Below, one piece after another: positions 35,595 to 46,061 of a DNA stretch of 64,000 bases. Under the pieces are notes generated by a model. It was given only the letters and a program-made list of their open reading frames with translations. It was not told where the DNA came from and ran no database searches. The stretch lies in the NCBI GenBank assembly GCA_043754435.1, contig JAYUUS010000124.1, forward strand, positions 35,716-99,715, given 5' to 3'. A program made the translations under genes and the position numbers. How positions within the stretch are numbered: the first letter of the stretch is position 1; each line of letters opens with the position of its first letter. The DNA comes from Rhodanobacteraceae bacterium (lineage in GTDB: Bacteria; Pseudomonadota; Gammaproteobacteria; Xanthomonadales; SZUA-5).

Positions 35595-36829
35595 ACGCTG
35601 CAAACTCTGAAAAAAACGATTGGCAAAGCGTGCGCGCGCAGTTCCCTGGTCTTAATCGAACTATCAACGGTAAGCCGCTGATTTATTTGGATTCAGCCAA
35701 TACCGCGCAAAAATTTGAGTCCGCCATTTTGGCTAGTGATCGCTATTACCGCGAATACACCGCGAACGTGTTTCGCAGCGTCCACACGATGGGCGAAGAG
35801 GCGACGGTGGCGTTTGAAGCAGCGCGTGATGCGGTCGCTAAGCTTATCAACGCGCCGGATCGCGCCGAAATTATCTTCACCCGGGGCACCACCGAGTCGA
35901 TCAATTTGCTGGCGCACAGTTTTGGCAGTAAGTTCATCAAAGCCGACGATGTGATTTTGCTCACCGAATTGGAACATCACGCCAATATCGTGCCCTGGCA
36001 AATGTTGTGTGAGCGCGTCGGCGCAACGATTCGCGTCGTGCCCATTAGCGACGATGGCGTATTAGATTTGGACAGCGCCGAGCGCCTGTTGACCGATGAC
36101 GTCAAGCTGTTTGCTTTCACGCATATTTCCAACGCCCTCGGCACGATCAATCCCGCACAAGCGCTGTGCGCAATGGCGCAGGCACGCGGTATCCCTACAC
36201 TGATCGACGGCTCGCAAGCCGCACCACATATGCAGGTGGATGTGCAAGCTTTAGGCTGCGATTTCTACGTCTTTACCGGGCACAAAGTATTCGCGCCCAC
36301 CGGCACCGGCGTACTCTGGGGCAAGCGCCAATGGCTAGAGGCAATGCCGCCATTTTTGGGCGGCGGCGAAATGATTGAGCGCGTTAGTTTTCAAGGCACC
36401 ACCTACAGCGGCATACCGAATAAATTTGAGGCGGGCACGCCCAATATCGCTGGCGTGATCGGCTTAGGCGCCGCGATTGAATCATTGCTGGAATTGGGTA
36501 TAGACGCTGTCGCCGAGCGCGAAAAAGAGCTTGCGTCTTATGCTTATGGGCAGCTTATTGCGGTCGAAGGTTTAAAACTATTTGGCCCGAAAGCAGCCCG
36601 CGCGCCGGTATTTTCCTTCGCCGTCAAAAATGCCCATGCACACGATTTAGCGATGCTGCTCGATCAAGACGGCATTGCCATTCGCTCCGGCCAACACTGC
36701 GCACACCCGTTAATGCAGCGGCTGGGCGTGAGTGCCACCGCCCGCGCTTCGCTGGCGTTTTACAATACCGAAGCGGAAATTGATGCGTTCATCCGTGGCA
36801 TTTTAAAGGCGCAGCGGATTTTGGCTTGA
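35591..36829 (+). CDS. sufS: Cysteine desulfurase, SufS subfamily
   Basis: 412 aa with HHANIVPWQ, the PLP-Lys region FTGHKVFAPTG and the active-site Cys in RSGQHCAHP. Confidence 0.93.
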   Translation: MNAANSEKNDWQSVRAQFPGLNRTINGKPLIYLDSANTAQKFESAILASDRYYREYTANVFRSVHTMGEEATVAFEAARDAVAKLINAPDRAEIIFTRGTTESINLLAHSFGSKFIKADDVILLTELEHHANIVPWQMLCERVGATIRVVPISDDGVLDLDSAERLLTDDVKLFAFTHISNALGTINPAQALCAMAQARGIPTLIDGSQAAPHMQVDVQALGCDFYVFTGHKVFAPTGTGVLWGKRQWLEAMPPFLGGGEMIERVSFQGTTYSGIPNKFEAGTPNIAGVIGLGAAIESLLELGIDAVAEREKELASYAYGQLIAVEGLKLFGPKAARAPVFSFAVKNAHAHDLAMLLDQDGIAIRSGQHCAHPLMQRLGVSATARASLAFYNTEAEIDAFIRGILKAQRILA

Positions 36830-36920
36830 GCGATCTCCAATTTTCATTTGAAACTTTCTTCACTATTTTTTAGGTCGTAAACGACTAGACTTTGCGCAAC
36901 TTCGTTTAGGCACTATAGCG

Positions 36921-39188
36921 ATGCAATTCAATCCGCAAACAGTCCAGCGCAATATCCTGGCTTTCGCCCTCAGCGCGGCACTAAGCGTCAGTTTTCTGGC
37001 CCAGGCCAAACCCGGTGGCAATGATGCTGAACCGGTTGACCCAGCAGAATTTCGCGTTCAAACCATGCCGCCTAACACATTCGATCTTGCCCCCTCGCGT
37101 GCGCCGAATGCGGGTGGCGTTTGGGTTTCCCGTGGCCCGGCACCGACGCAATCAGCACAAGTGCGGGTGCCGCCAGACAATGAAGTCTGCGGTGCCATTC
37201 ACGCGATTGCAGCGCACCCGAGCAACGCGGATATTCTATACGTGGGTGCCGTTAATGGCGGCATTTGGCGCACTACCAATGCCACGGCGGCGCGGCCCAC
37301 TTGGACGCCCTTGACGGATTCCTTGCCCTCGCTATCAATGGGTGCCCTCGCATTCGACCTATTGGATACAACGCGACAAACGCTCATTGCTGGCACCGGA
37401 CGCTGGAGCAACTTTGCACAGCGGGGCGACGATGAAATTGGCGTCTATCGCACGGTCAACGGCGGCACCACCTGGGCGCAGCTCGGCGGCGCTACTTTGC
37501 TGGGGCAGAAACTCATTTCCGTCGTTGCGCGCGGCAATACGCTTTTTGCGGCTTCTTTTGGTGGTGGGCTTTTCCGCAGCACTGACACGGGTGCAACCTG
37601 GGCGCTCATCTCTGGCACCAACGGCCTACCTACAGGGGGCATAGGGGCCTTGAATGAGGATCGTTTAAACCCGAATCGACTGCTTGTTGGCGTGCGCGGT
37701 GGCGCACCCAAAATTCTGCGCAGTGACGATTTAGGCGCGACTTGGGTCGATATTAGCGCTGGCATCAGCAATCTCAGTGGCAACACGGCGATGCGTATCG
37801 CCGTTGGCCCAGGCTCCGTATTGTTTACCGCTATCGTTAACAGCGGTGTTATTAACGGCGTCTATCGCTCAGCCGATTTAGGTACAACCTGGACAGCGAT
37901 GGATGTGCCTGCTGTGCATCCAGGTGGGCAGGGCAGCACCAATACCGCCTTAGTTGCCGACCCGGTTAATGCCAATGTCGTGTATTTGAGCGGTGATCGC
38001 ATCACCGCTGGCCCGTTCACTGGCAATGTTGCGCGCATTGATGCCGGTTTGGCTCTGGGTGCGCAAAATACGTTTGTAGTCGATGCAGGTGCCACCAACA
38101 CCGCGCCGCACGCCGATTCCCGCGCCATGACCTTTGACGCCAACGGCAATCTGTTGGAATCCGATGATGGCGGCATCTATCGCTTGAATAACCCCAGCTC
38201 CGCTGGCCGTGTGTGGACTTCCGTGATTGGCAATTTAAATGTGATGGAAGCGCACAACGTCGCAAAAGACAGCATTACCAATGTCTTGATTATCGGCGCG
38301 CAAGATAACGGTACGCACCAACAAGAGACCGCGAATAACCCACGCTGGTCATGGATTAATGGTGGCGACGGCGGCGATGTTGCGGTGGATAGCGCCAGTC
38401 TGGGGTCCTCGGGAAGCTTTCGCTATATGAGTTCTCAAAATCTTGGTGGCTTCCGACGCGCGCAATATGACTTGGCAAATGCTTTCATTGCTAATCTAGG
38501 AATGCCAAACATTCCCGCAGCAGATCAACAATTCGTGACGCCTATTGAGGTGAACGCTACTAATCCAGGGCGGCTATTAGTGGGTGGCACAGGGCTTTTG
38601 TACGAATCCACAAATGCCAGCACCGGCACCCCGACATTGCTTGCAATCGGTGCGCCTGGATCAAATCGTCAGGCGCTTGCTTACGGTGCCACCAATGACC
38701 CTGATGCAATTTATGTCGGTAAATTGGCAACCGTTTGGAAGCGCGCTGGTGCTGCAGGTGCGCTTACTCAAACCACAGCTTTGCCCGCCGGTGCTGCAAC
38801 GATTACCGATGTGTCGATGGATACCACGAACTCAGCTCGCGTCTTTGCCGTGGATGACAATCAAGTATTCCGCAGCATAGACAGCGGCGGAACTTGGACA
38901 GACGTGACCGGTAATTTGCCGACGATTAGCGGGCTCGACTTTCGCACCGTGGAGTATATTTCTGACGCCAGCGGCGATAGCGTTGTGGTGGGCACCCGTT
39001 CTGGCGTTTATATGGCGGCGGTAAACAGCTCCGAATGGACACGACTGGGCAGCGCTATGCCGGACGTATTGGTGTTTGATTTGCGCTATCTAAAAGCCCA
39101 AAAAACCTTAATCGCTGGCACGCTTGGCCGTGGTGTTTGGACGTATGTTTTTGATTCTGATCAACTTTTACGTGACGGCTTTGAATGA
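36921..39188 (+). CDS. Secreted BNR/Asp-box repeat protein (sialidase/sortilin-like beta-propeller)
   Basis: 755 aa with a signal peptide. It has at least five Asp-boxes (YRTVNGGTTW, FRSTDTGATW, LRSDDLGATW, YRSADLGTTW, FRSIDSGGTW). Its 3' end overlaps the convergent preA by 21 bp. Confidence 0.75.
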   Translation: MQFNPQTVQRNILAFALSAALSVSFLAQAKPGGNDAEPVDPAEFRVQTMPPNTFDLAPSRAPNAGGVWVSRGPAPTQSAQVRVPPDNEVCGAIHAIAAHPSNADILYVGAVNGGIWRTTNATAARPTWTPLTDSLPSLSMGALAFDLLDTTRQTLIAGTGRWSNFAQRGDDEIGVYRTVNGGTTWAQLGGATLLGQKLISVVARGNTLFAASFGGGLFRSTDTGATWALISGTNGLPTGGIGALNEDRLNPNRLLVGVRGGAPKILRSDDLGATWVDISAGISNLSGNTAMRIAVGPGSVLFTAIVNSGVINGVYRSADLGTTWTAMDVPAVHPGGQGSTNTALVADPVNANVVYLSGDRITAGPFTGNVARIDAGLALGAQNTFVVDAGATNTAPHADSRAMTFDANGNLLESDDGGIYRLNNPSSAGRVWTSVIGNLNVMEAHNVAKDSITNVLIIGAQDNGTHQQETANNPRWSWINGGDGGDVAVDSASLGSSGSFRYMSSQNLGGFRRAQYDLANAFIANLGMPNIPAADQQFVTPIEVNATNPGRLLVGGTGLLYESTNASTGTPTLLAIGAPGSNRQALAYGATNDPDAIYVGKLATVWKRAGAAGALTQTTALPAGAATITDVSMDTTNSARVFAVDDNQVFRSIDSGGTWTDVTGNLPTISGLDFRTVEYISDASGDSVVVGTRSGVYMAAVNSSEWTRLGSAMPDVLVFDLRYLKAQKTLIAGTLGRGVWTYVFDSDQLLRDGFE

Positions 39189-40463
39189 AGGAGCGCTTGC
39201 TTTGATCGGGTTACGCGGGTCCTGAGTCCAATTCATGTAGGGTTTATCGGTAATCTGTTCAACCATCGTGATGCAGCCCGCAATTGGACACGTAATTTCG
39301 CATAAATTACAGCCGACGCATTCTTCCTCAATTACTGCATATTGACGCGCACCCGACGCGCTAATAATTTGTGCGATGGACTGGTGCGAGGTATCTTCAC
39401 AGGCGATATAGCATTTGCCACAGCCAATACATTTTTCCTGATCGATATGGGCGATCACTTGATAATTCATATCAAGATATTTCCAATCGGTAGTATTGCG
39501 CACGGCTTTACCAACAAAATCATTCAATGTGGCATAGCCTTTAGAGTCCATCCAGCGCGCTAACCCGTCCTTCATTTCTTTGACAATACCAAAACCGTGC
39601 AGCATTGCCGCTGTGCACACTTGCACCGAGCCAGAACCGAGCGCGATAAACTCAGCGGCGTCGCGCCAATTCGAAATGCCGCCGATGCCGGAAATAGGTA
39701 TCCCCGCCGTCTCTGGATCGCGGGCAATTTCGGCGACCATATTGAGGGCGATTGGTTTAACGGCGCTCCCGCAATAGCCGCCGTGGGTGCTGCGGCCACC
39801 CACAATCGGCCGCGCCACCATCGCATCTAAATCAATTGAGGTAATTGAGTTGAGCGTATTAATAAGTGAAATCGCGTCTGCACCCCCACGCTTTGCCGCA
39901 CGCGCAGGCATGCGCACGTCGGTGATATTCGGCGTTAATTTAACGATTACGGGTAGCGAGCAATATTTTTTGCACCAGCGCGTCACCATTTCTACATAGT
40001 CGGGCACTTGCCCGACGGCAGCCCCCATGCCGCGCTCCGGCATGCCGTGCGGGCAGCCGAAATTCAGCTCAATGGCATCGGCACCCGTGGCTTCGACTAA
40101 GGGCAAAACGTTGCGCCAGCTTTCTTCGTCACACGGAAACATTAAAGACACGATCATGGCGCGGTCTGGCCAATCTTTTTTAACTTGGGTAATTTCGCGC
40201 AGATTAATTTCTAGGCTGCGATCGGTAATCAGCTCAATATTATTGAACCCAATAACTTCGCGGTTTTTGCCGTAATGCGCGGAATAGCGCGACGACACAT
40301 TCACCAGCGGCGGATTTTCACCGAGGGTTTTCCACACCACGCCACCCCAGCCTGCTTCAAAAGCGCGGATAACGTTATAGGCTTTATCGGTGGGTGGTGC
40401 TGATGCCAGCCAAAATGGATTGGGGGCTTTAATGCCAGCGAAATTAACGCTTAAATCAGCCAT
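39168..40463 (-). CDS. preA: NAD-dependent dihydropyrimidine dehydrogenase subunit PreA
   Basis: 431 aa with a DHOD-like TIM barrel N-terminus (MADLSVNFAGIKAPNPFWLASAPP...) and two C-terminal 4Fe-4S motifs (CIGCGKCYIACED, CVGCNLCEITCP). Confidence 0.9.
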   Translation of the reverse strand: MADLSVNFAGIKAPNPFWLASAPPTDKAYNVIRAFEAGWGGVVWKTLGENPPLVNVSSRYSAHYGKNREVIGFNNIELITDRSLEINLREITQVKKDWPDRAMIVSLMFPCDEESWRNVLPLVEATGADAIELNFGCPHGMPERGMGAAVGQVPDYVEMVTRWCKKYCSLPVIVKLTPNITDVRMPARAAKRGGADAISLINTLNSITSIDLDAMVARPIVGGRSTHGGYCGSAVKPIALNMVAEIARDPETAGIPISGIGGISNWRDAAEFIALGSGSVQVCTAAMLHGFGIVKEMKDGLARWMDSKGYATLNDFVGKAVRNTTDWKYLDMNYQVIAHIDQEKCIGCGKCYIACEDTSHQSIAQIISASGARQYAVIEEECVGCNLCEITCPIAGCITMVEQITDKPYMNWTQDPRNPIKASAPSFKAVT

Positions 40464-40465
40464 TT

Positions 40466-41839
40466 TTATGCCTCCGCCAGTTTATTGATTTTTTCACCTT
40501 CGTTTGCCAACGCAAACAAATCCGCATGAATTGCGCGTGCCGCAAGTTTCCCATGCTGCACCGCTTGTACGGTCAAATCTTGTCCGGGGCCAATGCAGTC
40601 GCCACCGGCGTAAACGCCTTTTAGATTGGTGCGAAAGTTTGCGTCGACGGCAATTTTGTCTGCCGCAAAAGCCAGCCCCGTTTTATCAACATCGGTTTGC
40701 TCAACATCTAGAGTTTGTCCGATGGCCTTAAAAATGGCGTCTGCAGCCAACTCAAAGCGCTCGCCCGCCAAATTTCGCATGTTCTCAAAGCGCATGCCGC
40801 GCACACGACCCGCATCGTCCAGTAACACCTGCACTGGCTTTGCCCAGGTTTTAATACGCACTTGATTTGCCTTAGCAATTTCCTGCTCGTGGTGCGTGGC
40901 TGACATGGATTCAACGCCGCGTCGATATACCACCGTCACATCTTCACAGCCTAAGCGCGCGATTTGTACGGCCATATCAATCGCGGTATTGCCCGCACCA
41001 ATCACTAATGCGCATTTAGGCACCGGCAATTGCGTTAAATCACCAGCTTGACGCAATTGGGCAATGTAATCTACCGCCGCCATTAAGCCCGGCGCGTCTT
41101 CACCGGTTAAACCCAATGCCCGGCTTGTAGCTAAACCTACGGCCAGAAAAACTGCAGAATAATCGTTCTTTAATTGCGTTAGCGATAAATTAGCACCTAG
41201 AGTCTGGCCATATTGAATAGAAATACCGCCAATCGCTAATAAAAATTCGACTTCGCGCCGGGCGTAATTGTCGGTCAATTTATATTTTGCAATCCCATAT
41301 TCATTTAAACCACCCGGTTTTGGCAAAGCCTCAAAAATCACCACGTTATTGCCCAACATCGCCAGCTGATGCGCGCAGGCCAATCCGGCAGGCCCTGCGC
41401 CAACCACAGCAATTGTCCGGCTAGTTAGGGCTGCACGGGCAAATGGATGCGTATCAAAACGCATATGGTCAATCGCAAAACGCTGCAATAAACCAATTTT
41501 GACCGGCACCCCCTCAGCATCATGATTACGCACGCAAGCGTCTTCACACAATATTTCGGTCGGGCAAACCCGCGCGCAGCTTCCACCCAAAATATTCTGC
41601 TGCAGAATCGTTTTTGCTGCGCCATTGATATTTTCTGTGGCGATATTACGAATAAAACTAGCCACATCAATTTCCGTGGGGCAAATACGGGTACAGGGCG
41701 CATCATAACAATACAAACAGCGCTCAGATTCTATTTGGGCTTGGCGTGGATTTAAGGCGGGCGCTAAATCAGTGAATTGTGCTGCGAGCGTTGCATGATC
41801 TAACTGCGCGGGATTTAGATGCTTTAGGGACTCAATCAT
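40466..41839 (-). CDS. preT: NAD-dependent dihydropyrimidine dehydrogenase subunit PreT (GltD-like)
   Basis: 457 aa with N-terminal Fe-S Cys clusters (CLYCYDAPCTRICP; CARVCP...C), VVGAGPAGLACA and a second GAGNTAID nucleotide fold. Confidence 0.88.
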   Translation of the reverse strand: MIESLKHLNPAQLDHATLAAQFTDLAPALNPRQAQIESERCLYCYDAPCTRICPTEIDVASFIRNIATENINGAAKTILQQNILGGSCARVCPTEILCEDACVRNHDAEGVPVKIGLLQRFAIDHMRFDTHPFARAALTSRTIAVVGAGPAGLACAHQLAMLGNNVVIFEALPKPGGLNEYGIAKYKLTDNYARREVEFLLAIGGISIQYGQTLGANLSLTQLKNDYSAVFLAVGLATSRALGLTGEDAPGLMAAVDYIAQLRQAGDLTQLPVPKCALVIGAGNTAIDMAVQIARLGCEDVTVVYRRGVESMSATHHEQEIAKANQVRIKTWAKPVQVLLDDAGRVRGMRFENMRNLAGERFELAADAIFKAIGQTLDVEQTDVDKTGLAFAADKIAVDANFRTNLKGVYAGGDCIGPGQDLTVQAVQHGKLAARAIHADLFALANEGEKINKLAEA

Positions 41840-41869
41840 ATTTGCTTTCCTAAGATATTTTTCATTACA

Positions 41870-43375
41870 TTACTTCATCTGCGGAAACGCAAACTCCGCG
41901 CCCACCGACGCGGTATTCGGCCAGCGCTGCATCACCGCCTTCACGCGGGTATAGAACCGCACGCCCTCGGGGCCATAGACATGATGGTCACCAAACAGAC
42001 TGCGCTTCCAGCCACCAAAACTATGAAACGCCATCGGCACCGGCAAGGGCACATTGACGCCGACCATGCCGACCTGAATCTGGCGCACGAATTCGCGCGC
42101 CACGCCGCCGTCGCGGGTAAAAATGGCGACACCATTGGCGTACTCATTGGCGTTAATCAAATCAATCGCGCTGGCAATATCTTTGGCGCGCAGCACGCAC
42201 AACACTGGCCCAAAAATTTCTTCTTTATAAATCGACATGTCCGCAGTGACGTGATCAAACAGCGTGCCGCCGACAAAAAAGCCCTGCTCGCGCCCCGGCA
42301 CACTTAAACCGCGACCGTCCACGACCAGAGTGGCACCCTCGTGTGCACCCTGCCCGATCAGCTTTTCAATGCGCTCTTTTGCGGCCCTAGTAATCACCGG
42401 CCCCATTTCAGCACCCGCTGCCATGCCGTCGTCAATTTTCAAATTGCGCGCGCGTTGAGCCAAGGCGGCAATCAATTGATCGCCCGCAGCACCGACCGCC
42501 ACCGCCACCGAAATCGCCATACAGCGTTCACCGGCTGAGCCATAGGCCGCACCAATTAACGCATCGACAGCCATGTCCATATCCGCATCCGGCATCACCA
42601 CCATATGATTTTTAGCACCGCCCAAAGCCTGCACGCGCTTACCATTCGCGGTGCCACGGCTGTAGATGTATTGCGCAATCGGGGTGGAGCCAACGAAGCT
42701 AATCGCCTGCACTAACTCGTGATCCAGCAGTGCATCTACCGCCACTTTATCGCCCTGCACGACGTTAAAAACGCCATCCGGCAAACCCGCTTGCTGCAAT
42801 AATTTCGCGTGCAACAGCGAAGGCGATGGATCGCGCTCCGAGGGTTTCAGGACGAACGTGTTGCCGCAGGCAAGCGCAATCGGAAACATCCACATCGGCA
42901 CCATGGTCGGAAAATTAAATGGCGTAATGCCCGCCACCACGCCTAGCGGCTGGCGAAAACTACAGGCATCCACACCGCGCGCAATTTGGTCGCTGAATTC
43001 CCCTTTCAACAGCTGCGGAATGCCGACCGCAAACTCCACCACTTCAATGCCGCGCGCAACTTCACCTTGGGCGTCAGCAAAGGTTTTGCCGTGTTCGCGA
43101 GTTAGCAGTGCGGCAAATTCATCGGCGTGCTGCTGCATCAGCTGCAAATACTTAAAAAGCACGCGCGCACGGCCCAAAGCCGGGGTATTGGCCCAGGCCG
43201 GAAAGGCAGCGGCGGCGGCGGCAACTGCCGATTCAACATCGTTTGCCGATGCCAGTGCAACGCGGGCAACCGGCACACCGAGCGCCGGGTTGTAGACATC
43301 GCCGTAACGTCCGCTGTCGGTATCTTGCAATTTCCCGGCAATGAAATGCGGGATCAGTTGTAGTTGGTTTTGCAT
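41870..43375 (-). CDS. mmsA: CoA-acylating methylmalonate/malonate-semialdehyde dehydrogenase
   Basis: 501 aa of the aldehyde dehydrogenase family. It has ...[17 protein letters not shown]..., the catalytic Cys in GSAGERCMA and the tail [11 protein letters not shown]....YT, characteristic of MmsA-type enzymes. Confidence 0.85.
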   Translation of the reverse strand: MQNQLQLIPHFIAGKLQDTDSGRYGDVYNPALGVPVARVALASANDVESAVAAAAAAFPAWANTPALGRARVLFKYLQLMQQHADEFAALLTREHGKTFADAQGEVARGIEVVEFAVGIPQLLKGEFSDQIARGVDACSFRQPLGVVAGITPFNFPTMVPMWMFPIALACGNTFVLKPSERDPSPSLLHAKLLQQAGLPDGVFNVVQGDKVAVDALLDHELVQAISFVGSTPIAQYIYSRGTANGKRVQALGGAKNHMVVMPDADMDMAVDALIGAAYGSAGERCMAISVAVAVGAAGDQLIAALAQRARNLKIDDGMAAGAEMGPVITRAAKERIEKLIGQGAHEGATLVVDGRGLSVPGREQGFFVGGTLFDHVTADMSIYKEEIFGPVLCVLRAKDIASAIDLINANEYANGVAIFTRDGGVAREFVRQIQVGMVGVNVPLPVPMAFHSFGGWKRSLFGDHHVYGPEGVRFYTRVKAVMQRWPNTASVGAEFAFPQMK

Positions 43376-43444
43376 GTGTGTTCCAAATTTGTGCGGTGTT
43401 TATTACCTGAAATTAATTTTTAGTCCCTAATATTCAAGGAAACC

Positions 43445-43556
43445 CGTTCGTGCTGAGCTTGTCGAAGCATGTGTCCACGAGCTTCCTAACGCACAAAATC
43501 CTAAGACTTCGTTAGAAATCATACTGCTCTGCCCTTCGACAGGCTCAGGGCGAACG
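43445..43556. repeat. 112-bp palindromic REP/MITE-like element (CGTTCGTGCTGAGCTTGTCGAAG ... CTTCGACAGGCTCAGGGCGAACG)
   Basis: The terminal arms at 43445-43467 and 43534-43556 are about 20/23 complementary. There is an inner hairpin ctaacg...cgttag (43486-43514). The element lies inside the catabolic operon, between the aminotransferase gene and mmsA. Confidence 0.75.
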
Positions 43557-43594
43557 ACAAAAACACCTCCAAAAGCTCATACCTATAAAGTTAA

Positions 43595-44911
43595 TTAATC
43601 CAATGTTTTGAGGATGTTTGCCAACTTGCCAAACAGCTCGTCAATATGCGTTTTCTCTAATATCAGCGGCGGCGACAGCGCAATAATATCGCCGGTGGTG
43701 CGAATCAAAATACCGTCCGCAAACGCGCGCTTAAACGCATTGAAGGCGCGTGCGCCGGGTTTGCCGGGAATGGTCGCTAACTCAATACCAGCAATCAAAC
43801 CGATGCTGCGCAAATCAATGACGTGCGGCAGGCCTTTGAGCGAATGCACCGCATCTGCCCAGTATTCCGCCATGCCACTCGCATGTTCCAGCACTTTTTG
43901 TTCTTCAAAAATTTCCAAGCTTGCTAGTGCCGCCGCACAGGCCAACGGGTGCCCGGAATAGGTATAGCCGTGAAATAGCTCAATGCCATCTGGGCCGTGC
44001 ATAAACGCATCATGGATAAAGGCTTTACTAAACACCGCCCCCATCGGCACCACACCGTTAGTCAGGCCTTTTGCCACCGTGACCATATCCGGCTCGACAT
44101 CGAAATAATCGAATGCGAAGGGCGTGGTCAGGCGGCCAAAGCCGGTAATCACCTCATCAAAAATCAACAAAATGCCGTGCTTGGTGCAGATTTCACGCAG
44201 GCGCTTCAAATAGTTTTTCGGTGGGATCAATACGCCCGTTGAACCCGCGACCGGCTCGACAATCACGGCGGCGATTGTGGAGGCGTCATGCAAGGTGACG
44301 ATGCGCTCTAACTCATCCGCCAAATGCGCGCCCCATGCCGGTTCGCCGCGCGAATAGGCGTTGTGTTCCAAATTATGCGTGTGTGGCAAGTGATCCACGC
44401 CCGCCAGCATACTGCCGAAAGACTTGCGATTACCCGCAATACCGCCGACCGAAATACCGCCAAAACCGACGCCGTGATAGCCACGTTCGCGCCCAATTAA
44501 GCGGGTGCGGGCTGCATCACCCCGCACCCGGTGATAGGCCAGCGCCATCTTTAATGCGGTATCAACCGCTTCTGAGCCTGAGTTGGTGTAAAAAACTTGA
44601 CCGAATTTGTGCTTGGTATACGCCATCAAACGCTCAGCTAACAAAAACGCCGCCGGGTGTGCCATTTGAAACGACGGCGAGTAGTCCAGTTGCCCGATCA
44701 TCTCCTGGACGGCTTTGACCAGTTTTGGCTGCCCATGCCCCAGGGGCACGCACCACAGTCCGGCCGTGCCGTCCAAAATTTGATTGCCATCAACGTCTTT
44801 GTAGTACATGCCGTGCGCGGACACCATCAGGCGCGGGTTCGCCTTAAAATCTCGGTTCGCGGTAAACGGCATCCAATAGGCAGACATCGCTTCGGGGCGG
44901 GTTTCATACAT
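43595..44911 (-). CDS. Class III PLP aminotransferase, beta-alanine/omega-amino acid:pyruvate type
   Basis: The probable start is ATG 44911 (MYETRPEAMSAYWMPFTANRDFK...). It has ...FYTNSGSEAVD..., DEVITGFGR and TVAKGLTNG (PLP Lys). The context with mmsA and preTA supports the beta-alanine assignment. Confidence 0.8.
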   Translation of the reverse strand: MYETRPEAMSAYWMPFTANRDFKANPRLMVSAHGMYYKDVDGNQILDGTAGLWCVPLGHGQPKLVKAVQEMIGQLDYSPSFQMAHPAAFLLAERLMAYTKHKFGQVFYTNSGSEAVDTALKMALAYHRVRGDAARTRLIGRERGYHGVGFGGISVGGIAGNRKSFGSMLAGVDHLPHTHNLEHNAYSRGEPAWGAHLADELERIVTLHDASTIAAVIVEPVAGSTGVLIPPKNYLKRLREICTKHGILLIFDEVITGFGRLTTPFAFDYFDVEPDMVTVAKGLTNGVVPMGAVFSKAFIHDAFMHGPDGIELFHGYTYSGHPLACAAALASLEIFEEQKVLEHASGMAEYWADAVHSLKGLPHVIDLRSIGLIAGIELATIPGKPGARAFNAFKRAFADGILIRTTGDIIALSPPLILEKTHIDELFGKLANILKTLD

Positions 44912-45150
44912 AACGCAAATCCTGTGCAAAATTCAAAAGTCCCCGACTGCATTTAGCAAGGTCGGATCGCAGTGGGTTCATCAGATCGCTCAGCAACAAG
45001 CGCGATTTGACGAAACCTTGACGGATGATTCTGACATGAAATTCATGCTCAATTGGCAGAACTTCAGATTTTGCATTCCGAACGAGACTAAATGCGCTCA
45101 AGCAGCCTTGAGCGAGTAATCTCCAGCGCTTCATTTCTTAGAGCGCCGAA

Positions 45151-45921
45151 ATGCCCGCTAACCCCGAACCTCAGCAAAATCATCTTCTGGCAGCCCTCAT
45201 GCCTGAGGTGCAAGCGCGTTTGTTCCCGTACTTGGAACTGGTGCCACTGCCATTACGCACGATCTTGTATGAATCCCGGCGCCCAATGCGGCATGTCTAT
45301 TTTCCTACGGACTCCATCGTCTCGCTGCAGTACGTCATGGAAAACGGCGCATCGACCGCAATCTTGGTGGTGGGCAACGAGGGTTTGCTAGGGATTAGTT
45401 TGCTGATGGGCGGGGAAAGCACGCCGAGCCGGTCCTTGGTGCAAAGTGCCGGTTACGCCTATCGCCTACCCAGACGTCGGGTGAAAGACGAGTTCAACCG
45501 CCACGGCCAGCTGCTCATGCTCATGCTGCGCTACACGCAGGCGCTGATTACCCAAGTCTCGCAGACCGCAGTTTGCAATCGGCACCATTCAATCGACCAG
45601 CAGCTCTGCCGCTGGCTTTTGCTGTCGATGGATCGCCTGTCGCATAACCAATTGACGATGACTCAAGAATTCATCAGCAATATGCTCGGCGTTCGCCGCG
45701 AGGGGGTCACCCAGGCCGCGTTGAGATTGCAGCAGCTCGGCGTAATTTCCTATGCGCGCGGTCTGATCAAAGTGCTTGACCGCGAAAAACTTGAAGCCTT
45801 GAGCTGCGAATGCTACGAAGTGGTTAAGAAGGAAACCGATCTGCTGCTGCATTATTTGCCACAGCGCCAAGTGATCACGAATACCGACTCCATTCCTATT
45901 GCAACGCTGCAAACGCCATAG
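45151..45921 (+). CDS. Crp/Fnr family transcriptional regulator
   Basis: 256 aa with an N-terminal cNMP-binding-like beta-roll and a C-terminal HTH (MTQEFISNMLGVRREGVTQAALRLQQLGVI). Confidence 0.85.
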   Translation: MPANPEPQQNHLLAALMPEVQARLFPYLELVPLPLRTILYESRRPMRHVYFPTDSIVSLQYVMENGASTAILVVGNEGLLGISLLMGGESTPSRSLVQSAGYAYRLPRRRVKDEFNRHGQLLMLMLRYTQALITQVSQTAVCNRHHSIDQQLCRWLLLSMDRLSHNQLTMTQEFISNMLGVRREGVTQAALRLQQLGVISYARGLIKVLDREKLEALSCECYEVVKKETDLLLHYLPQRQVITNTDSIPIATLQTP

Positions 45922-45967
45922 CATTCTGTATTCGCACCGGGTTTATTTTTCTAATCACCCATAAAGC

Positions 45968-45998
45968 AAAAGGCACCGCGATTCGGTGCCTTTTGTTT
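45968..45998 (+). terminator. Rho-independent terminator after the Crp/Fnr gene
   Basis: Stem ggcaccg (45972-45978) / cggtgcc (45984-45990) with loop cgatt, followed by ttttgttt. An A-run upstream makes it potentially bidirectional. Confidence 0.8.
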
Positions 45999-46061
45999 AG
46001 GATTAACGAGCAAACCAGTTCAGCACTTAGTTTGCCTTCAACGCAGCCTTAAATGGGCTGC

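Noticed and set aside
44904-45134. A 76-aa ORF (-) in the aminotransferase/Crp intergenic region.
   Set aside because: It would overlap the aminotransferase start region and has no RBS or recognisable domain. It is more likely promoter/operator DNA.
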